DNA of 64,000 bases, from positions 15,285-79,284 of the forward strand of contig CAZZJS010000002.1 of assembly GCA_964654855.1 (NCBI GenBank), written 5' to 3'. Positions 34,785 to 43,754 of the stretch are shown one piece after another. The stretch is from an uncultured Rickettsiales bacterium. Lineage in GTDB: Bacteria; Pseudomonadota; Alphaproteobacteria; Rickettsiales; JALZUV01. The translations under genes were made by a program, and so were the position numbers. The notes beneath the pieces were generated by a model. That model ran no database searches. It was not told the origin of the DNA and saw only the letters and a program-made list of their open reading frames with translations. Each line of letters opens with the position of its first letter. Within the stretch, counting starts at the first letter, position 1.

Positions 34785-36297
34785 ATCGACCTATTCAGAA
34801 TGTTTCCACTATTATACAACAACCTCTAGCTCAAAGGAAAATAGATTGCCAACTATAGAAGAAATAAAAATAACAGACGGCTCTGGTTTCTTTACTAAGA
34901 AAAACTTTGAGTGGACAGGAATCAAACCATTTTCAATCATCACTGGAATTAACGGTAGTGGTAAAACAAAACTACTTGAGTACATAGATGGTTCAAGCGT
35001 ACTAACTGAAAATCATCTAATTAGGTACATTGAAACTAACTATAAGCCTCCTCTTGAAAAACATGCAAATGAGCTAGAAAGCAAGTACACTTATAAATTC
35101 AATCAAATAGGAGACATCTACGAGGTTCTCCAAAAAGCAGACACCTCTACTCGCGAAAGCTGGAGCAACAATAAGAGTGCAATCAAGAAAAATGTAATTA
35201 AGCACATTGATTACATGATTCTCGATGGCATTATTAAGCAACGTATCAAGTTCAACCAAGATAGCACCAAACAAAGAGAGGAGCTGGATAGGGTAGATAA
35301 ATATCAAGAGCTTTACGACATGAGCGTTTTACTACCATCTGACCCAACAAAAGACCAACCTTGGGATAGAATTGACAGGATATTGAATAATTTTGAAATC
35401 AAAGTTAGGATTGACCGCAGCAACTTAAACGCGCAATTAAGATTTTTAAGATTAAACACCGAAGAAAAAACAGAGATAGGTGTAGAACTAAACGAACTAT
35501 CATCAGGTGAGAAGGTAGCGTTTTCACTAGCTTTATGGACATGGGGAAATGCCGAAGGACAAAAAACTGAAGTTCTCTTAGTTGATGAGTTTGATGCACA
35601 CCTTAACCCATCTATTTCTCAGAAATTTATTCAAATTATTAAAACGTATTTTGTCGAAATGGGAGTTCAAGTAATAATGACTACCCATAACCCATCAACC
35701 GTCAGCTTTGCGAAGGAATTAGGGGCAAGTATCATTTGGATGGAAGATGGCAGAGTTAGCCCTAAAATGGACTATGAAAATATCATACACACTTTATCCA
35801 ATGGCCTAATAGATATTTATAATCTTCTGGATGAAACTCAATTATTGATAGGAAACAGAGAAAAAACAGTTATCTACACAGAAGGAAAGACTGATAAGAA
35901 ACATATTGAAAGTGCAATCAAAGCACTCAACTTTGAAGAAAAATTTGAGAATTATTTTGTATTTGCCTGCACCTCTGCCTCAACTGTTCCGTTTTTCATT
36001 AGTCTGCCTACAGGACAATCTAAACGAATAGCATTACTTGACAGCGATAAAGCAGGAAAAAGCGCCGAGACTGAAATCAACAAACGCAATACGAAAAAGA
36101 TAGAAGAAGGTAAATATAAAATTACTTTTGTTTCTGATGAGGAGAACAAAGTTATTGAAGACCTATTTAGTTTAGAAATTCGTAACGATGGAGCAGAAAA
36201 CAAAAGTAATTTTGCAGATTATATGGCTCGACCTGAAAACCTAACAAAAGCTAACTTTTTAGGTTTCAAACCTCTATTGGAAAAAATTTTAAGCTAA
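34759..36297 (+). CDS. ABC-type (AAA_15/21) ATPase + TOPRIM-like domain (OLD-family-like nuclease)
   Basis: Walker A GINGSGKT, LSSGEK, Walker B LLVDEFDAHLNP, MTTHNP; IYTEGKTD and LLDSD TOPRIM motifs. Confidence 0.8.
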   Translation: MNGFIQIVKSTYSECFHYYTTTSSSKENRLPTIEEIKITDGSGFFTKKNFEWTGIKPFSIITGINGSGKTKLLEYIDGSSVLTENHLIRYIETNYKPPLEKHANELESKYTYKFNQIGDIYEVLQKADTSTRESWSNNKSAIKKNVIKHIDYMILDGIIKQRIKFNQDSTKQREELDRVDKYQELYDMSVLLPSDPTKDQPWDRIDRILNNFEIKVRIDRSNLNAQLRFLRLNTEEKTEIGVELNELSSGEKVAFSLALWTWGNAEGQKTEVLLVDEFDAHLNPSISQKFIQIIKTYFVEMGVQVIMTTHNPSTVSFAKELGASIIWMEDGRVSPKMDYENIIHTLSNGLIDIYNLLDETQLLIGNREKTVIYTEGKTDKKHIESAIKALNFEEKFENYFVFACTSASTVPFFISLPTGQSKRIALLDSDKAGKSAETEINKRNTKKIEEGKYKITFVSDEENKVIEDLFSLEIRNDGAENKSNFADYMARPENLTKANFLGFKPLLEKILS

Positions 36298-36472
36298 TAC
36301 GCTTCTTGTTTTTTATCACTTCAAGTCTTTGTATTTCTATTTTTGGAGTTAAGCTGTTTTTCTTATTCTTATCTTCAGTCATGATGCTTCTCCCTTTCTT
36401 CGTTAGAGCATCTATTAAAATGGTAGGGGCATGGTATATTATATGTGTCCCTGTAGTCTGACCGTGAAACAT
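36266..36472 (-). CDS. Small hypothetical protein (start uncertain)
   Basis: Short ORF following the HTH gene on the element's core strand. Confidence 0.3.
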   Translation of the reverse strand: MFHGQTTGTHIIYHAPTILIDALTKKGRSIMTEDKNKKNSLTPKIEIQRLEVIKNKKRISLKFFPIEV

Positions 36473-36484
36473 TGTGAAACATCT

Positions 36485-36952
36485 CTACAGTCCCTCTGGC
36501 GATACAATCTGAGCCTCCATAAAGGCCTTCCTGTCCTTCAGGCGGGACTCCACGTCCTTCACGTTATGACGCGTGATTTTTTCAAGCCGTGGTCGTGAAT
36601 GCTTCCAATCATTTGTCGCGGGTTGACCATTATACGGCTCACAGGTGAGGATATATTCGCTGGCCTGACCGCTTTCAAAAGTCCCCACCTTGCGGCGCTT
36701 AACATGCGAGTAATACTCAAGCTCTAATAAAGCTCTATTTGCCGTATCTTTACTACATTTAGCAACCTTACCTGCCTCTCGACAAGAAAGACTTATCTGG
36801 CCATTATTATGGCCGTTATAGCGCCGCCTTAATTCAATCAAAATAAGCTGTGCATTACTGCTCAATTCTAACCATGAAGGATGCTTCAAGAAATAATACG
36901 TCAACTTAACGTATTGCTCGCCGCCGCCCCTAGTTTTCTTTCTTCGTGCCAT
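36485..36952 (-). CDS. Helix-turn-helix protein, possible replication-initiator type
   Basis: WLELSSNAQLILIEL..YNGHNNGQISLSCREAGKVAKCSKDTANRALLELE. Confidence 0.65.
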   Translation of the reverse strand: MARRKKTRGGGEQYVKLTYYFLKHPSWLELSSNAQLILIELRRRYNGHNNGQISLSCREAGKVAKCSKDTANRALLELEYYSHVKRRKVGTFESGQASEYILTCEPYNGQPATNDWKHSRPRLEKITRHNVKDVESRLKDRKAFMEAQIVSPEGL

Positions 36953-37005
36953 ATCTTTTTATCGACGAGGAGAGTAGCAAGCGCCACCCTCCATCGCCTC
37001 TCCAT

Positions 37006-37308
37006 TTACGCTGTTATCAATTCCAAAACTTCTATTTCACACCCCAGTACATACCGTGCATGACTTACGCCATCATGTGGTTCTCGAAGTATCTCAATAG
37101 GGACGCCATAATCATGGCGCAGAATATGGACACAAGTTCTCAGTCCGTATGCAGAACTGAGCATCTCTGGCGCGCTAATACCTTTTGCACCTTTCTCGAC
37201 CAACGCCGCTATTGTTTGCGCGACGCGGCCATTAGCCATACGTATAGTTTTTTCACCATCTTTCGTGATACGGAAGGTGATGTAGCAATTACTTAGCTTT
37301 TCAAACAT
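37006..37308 (-). CDS. Small winged-helix-like protein
   Basis: TIAALVEKGAKGISAPEM..LRTCVHILRH.YGVPIE..HARYVL. Confidence 0.55.
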   Translation of the reverse strand: MFEKLSNCYITFRITKDGEKTIRMANGRVAQTIAALVEKGAKGISAPEMLSSAYGLRTCVHILRHDYGVPIEILREPHDGVSHARYVLGCEIEVLELITA

Positions 37309-37588
37309 CGCGCCCTCCCTCTAAACCACTAGCATTAGCAATAGCTGACGCCATTGAAAGGGACACATTGTAACGCTTGGCTATATGCCCATAACGCTGC
37401 TTCATGGTTTTGTGAATTCGCTGCTTTTCGCTATATTCGAAAAGCGGAAGTGAGTTTTGGATATAGCTATCCTGTTTCCCATATGATAAGATCATTGAGT
37501 AATCTCCATTTTTATAATTTCGTTTAAGAGTGCTGATTTGAGGGTGGATTACGCTGGTCGTACCCAGCGCCACCCTGCTAATCACCAA
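37301..37588 (-). CDS. Hypothetical protein of the element core
   Basis: Co-oriented with AlpA; ends with GGAGGG SD overlapping the next start. Confidence 0.5.
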   Translation of the reverse strand: MVISRVALGTTSVIHPQISTLKRNYKNGDYSMILSYGKQDSYIQNSLPLFEYSEKQRIHKTMKQRYGHIAKRYNVSLSMASAIANASGLEGGRDV

Positions 37589-37609
37589 TAGTCATCTTCG
37601 GCTAGAGCT

Positions 37610-37828
37610 TCATAAAACTTCATATCGCGTCTCCTCGATACGAGAAGAAATCCAATCATCAATTTCTGATTCTATCCAACCAACAGCTCGTTTACCTATG
37701 CTAATCGGCTTTGGAAATTCGCCGCGCTTTATATCTGCATAAATACTTGAGCGTGAACGACCTGTTCGACTTATAACCTTTTTCAAGCGTAAAATTCTAG
37801 TTTCAACCATATCAAACCTTTCTGTCAT
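37610..37828 (-). CDS. AlpA-family excisionase/regulator
   Basis: ILRLKKVISRTGRSRSSIYADIKRGEFPKPISIGKRAVGWIESEIDDWI. Confidence 0.92.
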   Translation of the reverse strand: MTERFDMVETRILRLKKVISRTGRSRSSIYADIKRGEFPKPISIGKRAVGWIESEIDDWISSRIEETRYEVL

Positions 37829-37917
37829 TTATAGGCAGATTATAGCAGGTATAGGAATCTAATATATTGTTTTTTATAAACTTTATTTCCTTCCAGTTGA
37901 AAGGAAATATCGTATCA

Positions 37918-38733
37918 TTAACTCCATGCTTTGTTATCTTGGGAGTTCAAGTAGGTCTGAAGGGTTTTTTCTTTCTGCTTAATTCTTAATGCTGCACACA
38001 AAATTTTTATAAATTCGGCTGAGTTACCATTCAGTTTACAATAGTGGTCACTAATCGGATTAGTAGATACTGAGGTTTTTGGTATTTCACCTGTGAACCA
38101 ATAATAGGCATTTGCCGCCGCCCAAACATATTCTGACGCTCTATCATCCCTTTTATTTCTTTGCTTTGGGGGAGTTTTATACTCACTACTATCCACCATT
38201 TTCTCAATTGAGGTTATAGTACGCTCAAGAATCTCAACATCTATATGCGTCAACTGAAAAGGATTCTCATAAAAACCGAAAATTTCATAATCGTATATGG
38301 TATCAGCACTACTTATCTTTTTCTTCATCTCTGGTGATTTCAAATAGCTAGTTTCCAAGCCTTCATTTTTTCTAATTTCTACTACTGAGTTATGTATCAT
38401 TTTCCGAAGAAGAGAATTAGATTCATCCTTAGCATCATAGATATTATCGAGTGTTGATAAAGCATCTCTCATTTTTTCAGCAGCTTTTAATACTGGCCTT
38501 ATTGCATTCAAAACTTCATCTTTAGATAGTTTCCTAGGGTAGGAATAACTAGCCTCACTAAACGCTGCTGTTAAAATTTCCAGCAACTCGCCAGCCCTAC
38601 TAATATCTTGCTTTCCAGCTATGCAAAGTTTTTGGAGCAACTTTTGATTCAGCGATTCAACTATCATACGCCCTACAAGAAAGTCAGGTTTGGATAGCAA
38701 ATTATCAGGTCGAGTAGGTAAGCATCTAGGCAT
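37918..38733 (-). CDS. Hypothetical protein between integrase and AlpA
   Basis: 271-aa ORF overlapping the integrase stop. Confidence 0.6.
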   Translation of the reverse strand: MPRCLPTRPDNLLSKPDFLVGRMIVESLNQKLLQKLCIAGKQDISRAGELLEILTAAFSEASYSYPRKLSKDEVLNAIRPVLKAAEKMRDALSTLDNIYDAKDESNSLLRKMIHNSVVEIRKNEGLETSYLKSPEMKKKISSADTIYDYEIFGFYENPFQLTHIDVEILERTITSIEKMVDSSEYKTPPKQRNKRDDRASEYVWAAANAYYWFTGEIPKTSVSTNPISDHYCKLNGNSAEFIKILCAALRIKQKEKTLQTYLNSQDNKAWS

Positions 38734-39949
38734 TTAAGACTACACCTTCAATCGAGAAAATCTTTTCATTCGTACCATTACTTAACAAGTCCAACCAATC
38801 AGCATATTCTTGCATCATTTTGATACGCTCTAAGCGATACTTAGCGCGGTTATATGCACCTCGAACCTTATCTCTCTCAGCATGAGCCAATTGGTATTCA
38901 ATAACATCAGGCCTACAGCCTTTTTCATTAAGTATGGTGCTTGCCAATGTACGAAAACCATGCCCCGTCATGCGCCCTTGATAACCCATACGGCGCAAAC
39001 CCATTAAGACAGCACCATTACTGATATGCTTTGATTTGCTTGCAGCACTAAAGAAAATGAAATCTCTATTTCCTGTTTTTTCTTGCATCTCCCTCAACAA
39101 GTCTAGTGCTTGGCGGGACAATGGTACTAAATGAGGGCGGCGCATCTTCATACGTTCTTTCGGGATATTCCATTCTTCTTTTTGCCAATCGATTTCTTCC
39201 CACCGCGCACCAATAAGCTCATTGGTACGAACGAAGGTCAGCATCAACAGTTTTGTGGCATAATAGGTGAAATCACGCCTTCGAGATTCAATCTTCTCAA
39301 TCAACTCTGGCAATTCATCGATTGGAATACAGGGATGGTGTTTCTCTTCTCGCGTTGGCAATACATCACGCAAGTCACTGGCAGGATTATGAAGGCATAG
39401 ACCACGCTGGGCAGCATAGCGAAAAACTTGTCCCATCACTTGCTTCATACGTTTCGCTGTTTCAATCGTACCATGCTCGCCAATCGCTTCCACCACCGCA
39501 ACAACATCAGGTATAGTAATATCTTCAATTGGCAATGCTCCAACCCTAGGAAAGATATGCTGTTCCATACGAGCTAGTGTTTGCTTTGCGTACTTCGCAT
39601 TTAGGTTTGGGCTTTTTACTTCGAGCCATCGCCGCGCGATAACCTCAAAGCTATTCTCTCCCTTTATAGTATTACGGAGTTTCTCTGCTTTCTTTTCGCG
39701 TGCAGGGTTTTTACCTTCATCCAGTAAAGCACGAGCTTCCAACATTTTCTTACGAGCCTCACTCAGCGAAACTTGTGGGTATTTCCCTAAAGCAAGCACC
39801 TGCTCTTTGCCGTTAAACCGATAACGATAGCGCCATAACTTACTGCCAGTCTTAGCAACCTCAAGCAACAAACCATTACCATCAGCCAACTTGTAGGCTT
39901 TGTCTTTAGCTTTAGCACCTCTGATTGCTACGTCAGTAAGTTTGCTCAT
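38726..39949 (-). CDS. P4-like tyrosine integrase with Arm-DNA-binding domain
   Basis: KAYKLADGNGL..GSKLWRYRY; LTFVRTNEL; MTGHGFRTLAST; IEYQLAH; GAYNRA. Confidence 0.95.
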   Translation of the reverse strand: MSKLTDVAIRGAKAKDKAYKLADGNGLLLEVAKTGSKLWRYRYRFNGKEQVLALGKYPQVSLSEARKKMLEARALLDEGKNPAREKKAEKLRNTIKGENSFEVIARRWLEVKSPNLNAKYAKQTLARMEQHIFPRVGALPIEDITIPDVVAVVEAIGEHGTIETAKRMKQVMGQVFRYAAQRGLCLHNPASDLRDVLPTREEKHHPCIPIDELPELIEKIESRRRDFTYYATKLLMLTFVRTNELIGARWEEIDWQKEEWNIPKERMKMRRPHLVPLSRQALDLLREMQEKTGNRDFIFFSAASKSKHISNGAVLMGLRRMGYQGRMTGHGFRTLASTILNEKGCRPDVIEYQLAHAERDKVRGAYNRAKYRLERIKMMQEYADWLDLLSNGTNEKIFSIEGVVLNA

Positions 39950-40111
39950 TTATCCAATCTCCTAAAAAATCTCTAATTATACCCGCAAATATACCCGCTT
40001 TTTATTTAGCTGGTATAGCACTTCGCTGGAACTCAAGGGAACCAAAACCAACCAAACACTTATATAACATAAGGTTTTTTGGACTTTATTGGAAGCTATA
40101 AGGAAGAGAAA

Positions 40112-40201
40112 TGGCGGAGAGACAGGGATTCGAACCCTGGAAGGAGTTGCCCCCTTGCTGGTTTTCAAGACCAGTGCATTCAACCGCTCTGCCATCTCTC
40201 C
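40112..40201 (-). tRNA. tRNA-Ser(TGA) with encoded CCA
   Basis: GGAGAGA acceptor stem, anticodon arm CTGGT-CTTGAAA-ACCAG, long variable arm, GGTTCGAATCC, GCCA end. Confidence 0.97.
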
Positions 40202-40254
40202 GCGCTGGTGACTAGTTAGCAGGGTCTACTTAACCCGACAAGCCTAAAATTGCG

Positions 40255-40470
40255 CTAGCTTTTCTTCAGGAACTCGGTACGTAGCACAATGGTAGACTTT
40301 CCAATACGGCATTCGACTTCGTCTTCATCATTGGTGAGGCGAATTTTGTTTACTTTCGTGCCACGTTTTAGGTTCAAGGAGGAGCCTTTTACTTTTAAAT
40401 CACGAATGAGGGTGACGGCATCGCCATCGTTTAATGTGTTACCGTTACTGTCTTTCACTTCTTCGCTCAT
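40255..40470 (-). CDS. phnA: PhnA/YjdM C-terminal-domain protein
   Basis: VKDSNGNTLNDGDAVTLIRDLKVKG..LKRGTKV..IRL..LRTEFLKK. Confidence 0.85.
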   Translation of the reverse strand: MSEEVKDSNGNTLNDGDAVTLIRDLKVKGSSLNLKRGTKVNKIRLTNDEDEVECRIGKSTIVLRTEFLKKS

Positions 40471-40480
40471 GATAATTCCT

Positions 40481-41521
40481 TTAGGGTGCCGGATTCGGGT
40501 TCTGATTATGGACATGCTCAATCTCTGCCAAACAATCATCTGAAAGAGTTATATTAATCGACTCAATATTCTCTTTAAGCTGATCCATCGTCGTAGCGCC
40601 AATGATATTGCTCGTCACAAATGGGCGGCTATTTACATAAGCTAGCGCCATTTGCGCGGGGGTGAGGCTATGCTTCTCAGCAATCTTGCAATATTCTAAT
40701 GTCGCTGCACGTGCACGCGGGTTGAGATAACGCTGAAAATGGCTGAATAGCGTGAGGCGCCCCTCTGCTGGCCATTTTTCATCGTCATTATATTTTCCTG
40801 TTAGCATACCGAATGCGAGGGGCGAATAGGCAAGCAAACCCATTTCCTCACGGATCGAGATTTCAGCACATCCCACTTCATAAGTACGATTTAACAAACT
40901 ATAGGGGTTCTGAACGGACATCATGCGCGGCAAGCCTTTTTCACGCGCCAAGCGCAAGCACTCGCTCATCCCCCACGGGGTTTCATTAGACAAGCCAACA
41001 TAGCGAACCTTACCCGCCTTTACCAACTCATCCAGTGTTTCGAGTGATTCTTCTAGCGCAATCGCATCTTCATTCGCTTTATGTTCATAACCTAACTGTC
41101 CAAAGAAGTTGGTGGAGCGATCCGGCCAATGCAGCTGGTAGAGATCAATATAGTCAGTCTTCAAACGTGTAAGGCTACCTTCTACGGCTTCTAATATATG
41201 CTTTCGATTGAGGCGAGATTCTTCTCCGCGAAACCATTCCATGCCGGAGCGTCCCGTCACTTTCGTCGCTAAAATCACTTGGTCACGATTCTTGCGTTCC
41301 GCAAACCAATTTCCGATGATTGTTTCAGTCGAACCTTGCGTTTCAGCCATGGGAGGAACGGAGTAAAGCTCAGCCGTATCGAAAAAGTTAACACCTTGGC
41401 TTAAAGCATAGTCCATCTGCTCAAACCCTTCTTCTTGGGTGTTTTGCTGCCCCCAAGTCATTGTTCCTAAACAAACTTTACTTACATCAAGATCTGTATT
41501 TCCGATTTTTTTAGTTTCCAT
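40481..41521 (-). CDS. tas: NADP(H)-dependent aldo-keto reductase (Tas family)
   Basis: CLGTMTWGQQN, FDTAELY, DLYQLHWPDR, GLSNETPWG, LLAYSPLAFG. Confidence 0.9.
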   Translation of the reverse strand: METKKIGNTDLDVSKVCLGTMTWGQQNTQEEGFEQMDYALSQGVNFFDTAELYSVPPMAETQGSTETIIGNWFAERKNRDQVILATKVTGRSGMEWFRGEESRLNRKHILEAVEGSLTRLKTDYIDLYQLHWPDRSTNFFGQLGYEHKANEDAIALEESLETLDELVKAGKVRYVGLSNETPWGMSECLRLAREKGLPRMMSVQNPYSLLNRTYEVGCAEISIREEMGLLAYSPLAFGMLTGKYNDDEKWPAEGRLTLFSHFQRYLNPRARAATLEYCKIAEKHSLTPAQMALAYVNSRPFVTSNIIGATTMDQLKENIESINITLSDDCLAEIEHVHNQNPNPAP

Positions 41522-41672
41522 ATTAGATATTAATTCCCTAATAATATTTCATATTTGTGACAGAAGAGTAAATTTTTGCAAAAAATCGCCTCACTGTAAA
41601 AAAACTGTAACAGTTGGCTGCTATATTATGCGCAAGTTAGAGAACAAACAGTACAAAAACAAGGGTAACGAG

Positions 41673-42452
41673 ATGCCAACATATTCGGACAATAAAGATC
41701 ATCCTCTCACGGTCGCATGGGACTCACGTGAAGGAAAACGTCGCTTGTTCGAATCGCGCTTCAACAAAGATTTCTTTGAGCTTGCCCATCGTTTTCAACC
41801 TCAAATCAAACCCACCTATTGTGGTGTTGCTAGTGCGGTAACCGTACTGAATGCATTACGCCTTAAAACCGGCCTACGCATCGACTCTGGACTCGAAGTA
41901 CAAGCACCAGAATGTCATGGCGGCGATACAATGCATTATAATAGCTACTCACAGCTTACCTTCATGAATGAGCGTACCGAACTCGTTAAACCACGCGAAT
42001 GGGTAGAAGGCGTGACCGTTGAATGTGAATCAACCGGTGATATTATTTTTGAGCCTGGATTGAATCTCGATCAACTCGCTCGCAAATTGAAATTATACTT
42101 GCTGGATGTTCGCACTAAACATGCTGATATCACACAAGAACCTAAAACCAGTAAAGACAATCCAGTAAGTCGCTTCCGTCATGATTTGATGGCTTACCTA
42201 AACGATAAAAGCACTTTCTTAATTGTGAATTATTGCGGTAAAACAATTGAAAAGAATATCGATACAGATGGACACTTCTCTCCCATCGCCGCTTATCATA
42301 AAGAGACCGATAGCTGCTTAGTGATGGATGTGGCAGGCCATAAACACCCATGGTTCTGGGTTTCTTTACGCGACCTTTACCATGCAATGGCGACAAAAGA
42401 TGGCAAAGATACGCGCGGTTATGTGCTAGTATCAGATAAGCTAAGACACTAG
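41673..42452 (+). CDS. Phytochelatin synthase family protein
   Basis: Q..PTYCGVASAVTVLNAL, GHFSPIAAY, LVMDVA, PWFWV (Cys-His-Asp triad); start moved to ATG 41673. Confidence 0.88.
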   Translation: MPTYSDNKDHPLTVAWDSREGKRRLFESRFNKDFFELAHRFQPQIKPTYCGVASAVTVLNALRLKTGLRIDSGLEVQAPECHGGDTMHYNSYSQLTFMNERTELVKPREWVEGVTVECESTGDIIFEPGLNLDQLARKLKLYLLDVRTKHADITQEPKTSKDNPVSRFRHDLMAYLNDKSTFLIVNYCGKTIEKNIDTDGHFSPIAAYHKETDSCLVMDVAGHKHPWFWVSLRDLYHAMATKDGKDTRGYVLVSDKLRH

Positions 42453-42463
42453 AATTAGAAACA

Positions 42464-42835
42464 TTAGCGCGCTAACGCGTCATCCGCTAACAAGCCACCT
42501 AAATTCTCACCCCCTAAAATATGGATATGAAAATGCGCCACCGTTTGGTTCGCATCCGCTCCATGATTGGTAATAAGGCGATAACCTGAATCTGCTAGCC
42601 CTTCTTGCTCCGCCACTTTGCGAACAGAGGCAAAAAATTGCCCGACAAATTGAACATCTTGCTCGGCAAAATCATCAAAAGATGTCACCTCACGTTTGGG
42701 GATTACCAAAATATGTGACGGCGCAGCCGGCGCAATATCGCGAAAAGCCAATGCAAATTCATCTTCATAAAGCTTCTCGCACGGAATCTCTTCTCGCAGA
42801 ATTTTCGCAAAGATATTTTCTTTATCGTAAGTCAT
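42464..42835 (-). CDS. hinT: HIT-family nucleotide-binding protein
   Basis: NIFAKIL, DIAPAAPSHILVIPK, QTVAHFHIHILGG. Confidence 0.9.
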   Translation of the reverse strand: MTYDKENIFAKILREEIPCEKLYEDEFALAFRDIAPAAPSHILVIPKREVTSFDDFAEQDVQFVGQFFASVRKVAEQEGLADSGYRLITNHGADANQTVAHFHIHILGGENLGGLLADDALAR

Positions 42836-43425
42836 TAGATAATTTTGCAGAATTTATCGAAATCAGGGCGCGGGCTGCGCGGAAAGAGAGAAGACTCCAA
42901 CCCGTAACCAATATTGCAAAGGAAGTTCGATTTAATCTTTGTACCGGCAAAGAATAGCTCATCGACCATAGCATTATCGAAACCTGAAAGCGCACCCGTA
43001 TCTAACCCCAATGCGCGCGCAGCGAGGATGAAATATCCGCCCTGCATGCTTGAGTTACGAAAAGCGCTATCTTCAATCAACTTCTCGTTCCCAACAAACC
43101 AACTCTTCGCATCCGCATGCGGGAACAACTCTGGCAAATGCTCGTAAAATTTCATATCCATTCCCAGAATCGCACAAGCAGGTGCTGTTTGAACTTTATC
43201 AACATTACCTTCTGCAATGGCAGGCATCAGCTTTGCTTTGGCTTCATCTGATTTCACATAAATAACACGCAAAGGCTGCATATTCGCCGAAGTCGGTCCC
43301 ATTTTCGTCAGGTCATAAAGTTGAGTCAGCAACTCATCCGATACGTCTTTATCTTCCCAACCATTATAGGTGCGCCCGTCGTTAAATAATCGATCCAGCG
43401 CTTCTTGGTTTAATGCATGACTCAT
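42835..43425 (-). CDS. Nitroreductase family, malonic semialdehyde reductase (RutE-like)
   Basis: LFNDGRTYNGW, GPTSAN.QP, FRNSSMQGGYFILAARALGLDTG. Confidence 0.88.
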   Translation of the reverse strand: MSHALNQEALDRLFNDGRTYNGWEDKDVSDELLTQLYDLTKMGPTSANMQPLRVIYVKSDEAKAKLMPAIAEGNVDKVQTAPACAILGMDMKFYEHLPELFPHADAKSWFVGNEKLIEDSAFRNSSMQGGYFILAARALGLDTGALSGFDNAMVDELFFAGTKIKSNFLCNIGYGLESSLFPRSPRPDFDKFCKII

Positions 43426-43754
43426 TTCTTTTTCTTTCCTCGGTTTTTCTTTTCTTCGATGCCAGAGATACCTTCACGCTTTTGCAGCTCTTTCATTAAC
43501 TGCTTTGGCGTAATTTTCATATCCGTCCATAACACGCATAAATGGTATAATAGATCTGCCGTCTCACTAATAGTTTCTTTTTTGCTATCTTGCACCGCCG
43601 CCAGCGAAACTTCGACCGCTTCTTCGCCGACTTTTTTACAAATATGCTCGCGGCCTTTATTCATTAGTTTGGCCGTATAAGATTTATCCGGCGATTGCTT
43701 GCGGCGCTTTTTGATGGTTTTCATCAGCACATCTAAGGTTTCAAATTCGCTCAT
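43422..43754 (-). CDS. hisE: Phosphoribosyl-ATP diphosphatase
   Basis: [30 protein letters not shown]. Confidence 0.95.
   Translation of the reverse strand: MSEFETLDVLMKTIKKRRKQSPDKSYTAKLMNKGREHICKKVGEEAVEVSLAAVQDSKKETISETADLLYHLCVLWTDMKITPKQLMKELQKREGISGIEEKKNRGKKKK

Larger units (their letters stand above)
33876..40125 (-). mobile_element. 6.25-kb integrative element / phage-satellite-like island in tRNA-Ser
   Basis: Near-identical cores at both ends; TACCCGCA-n4-TACCC arm-like repeats at 33952 and 39980; P4-type integrase beside the tRNA; AlpA. Confidence 0.8.

Noticed and set aside
39977-40195. 72-aa ORF MAERLNALVLKT...
   Set aside because: It is a translation of the tRNA-Ser gene.
40471-40539. 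Extended start of the PhnA ORF
   Set aside because: It overlaps the tas 3' end. The recognisable domain begins at the ATG at 40470.
41439-41672. 78-aa N-terminal extension of the phytochelatin synthase ORF
   Set aside because: It overlaps the divergent tas start and intergenic DNA. ATG 41673 is the more plausible start.
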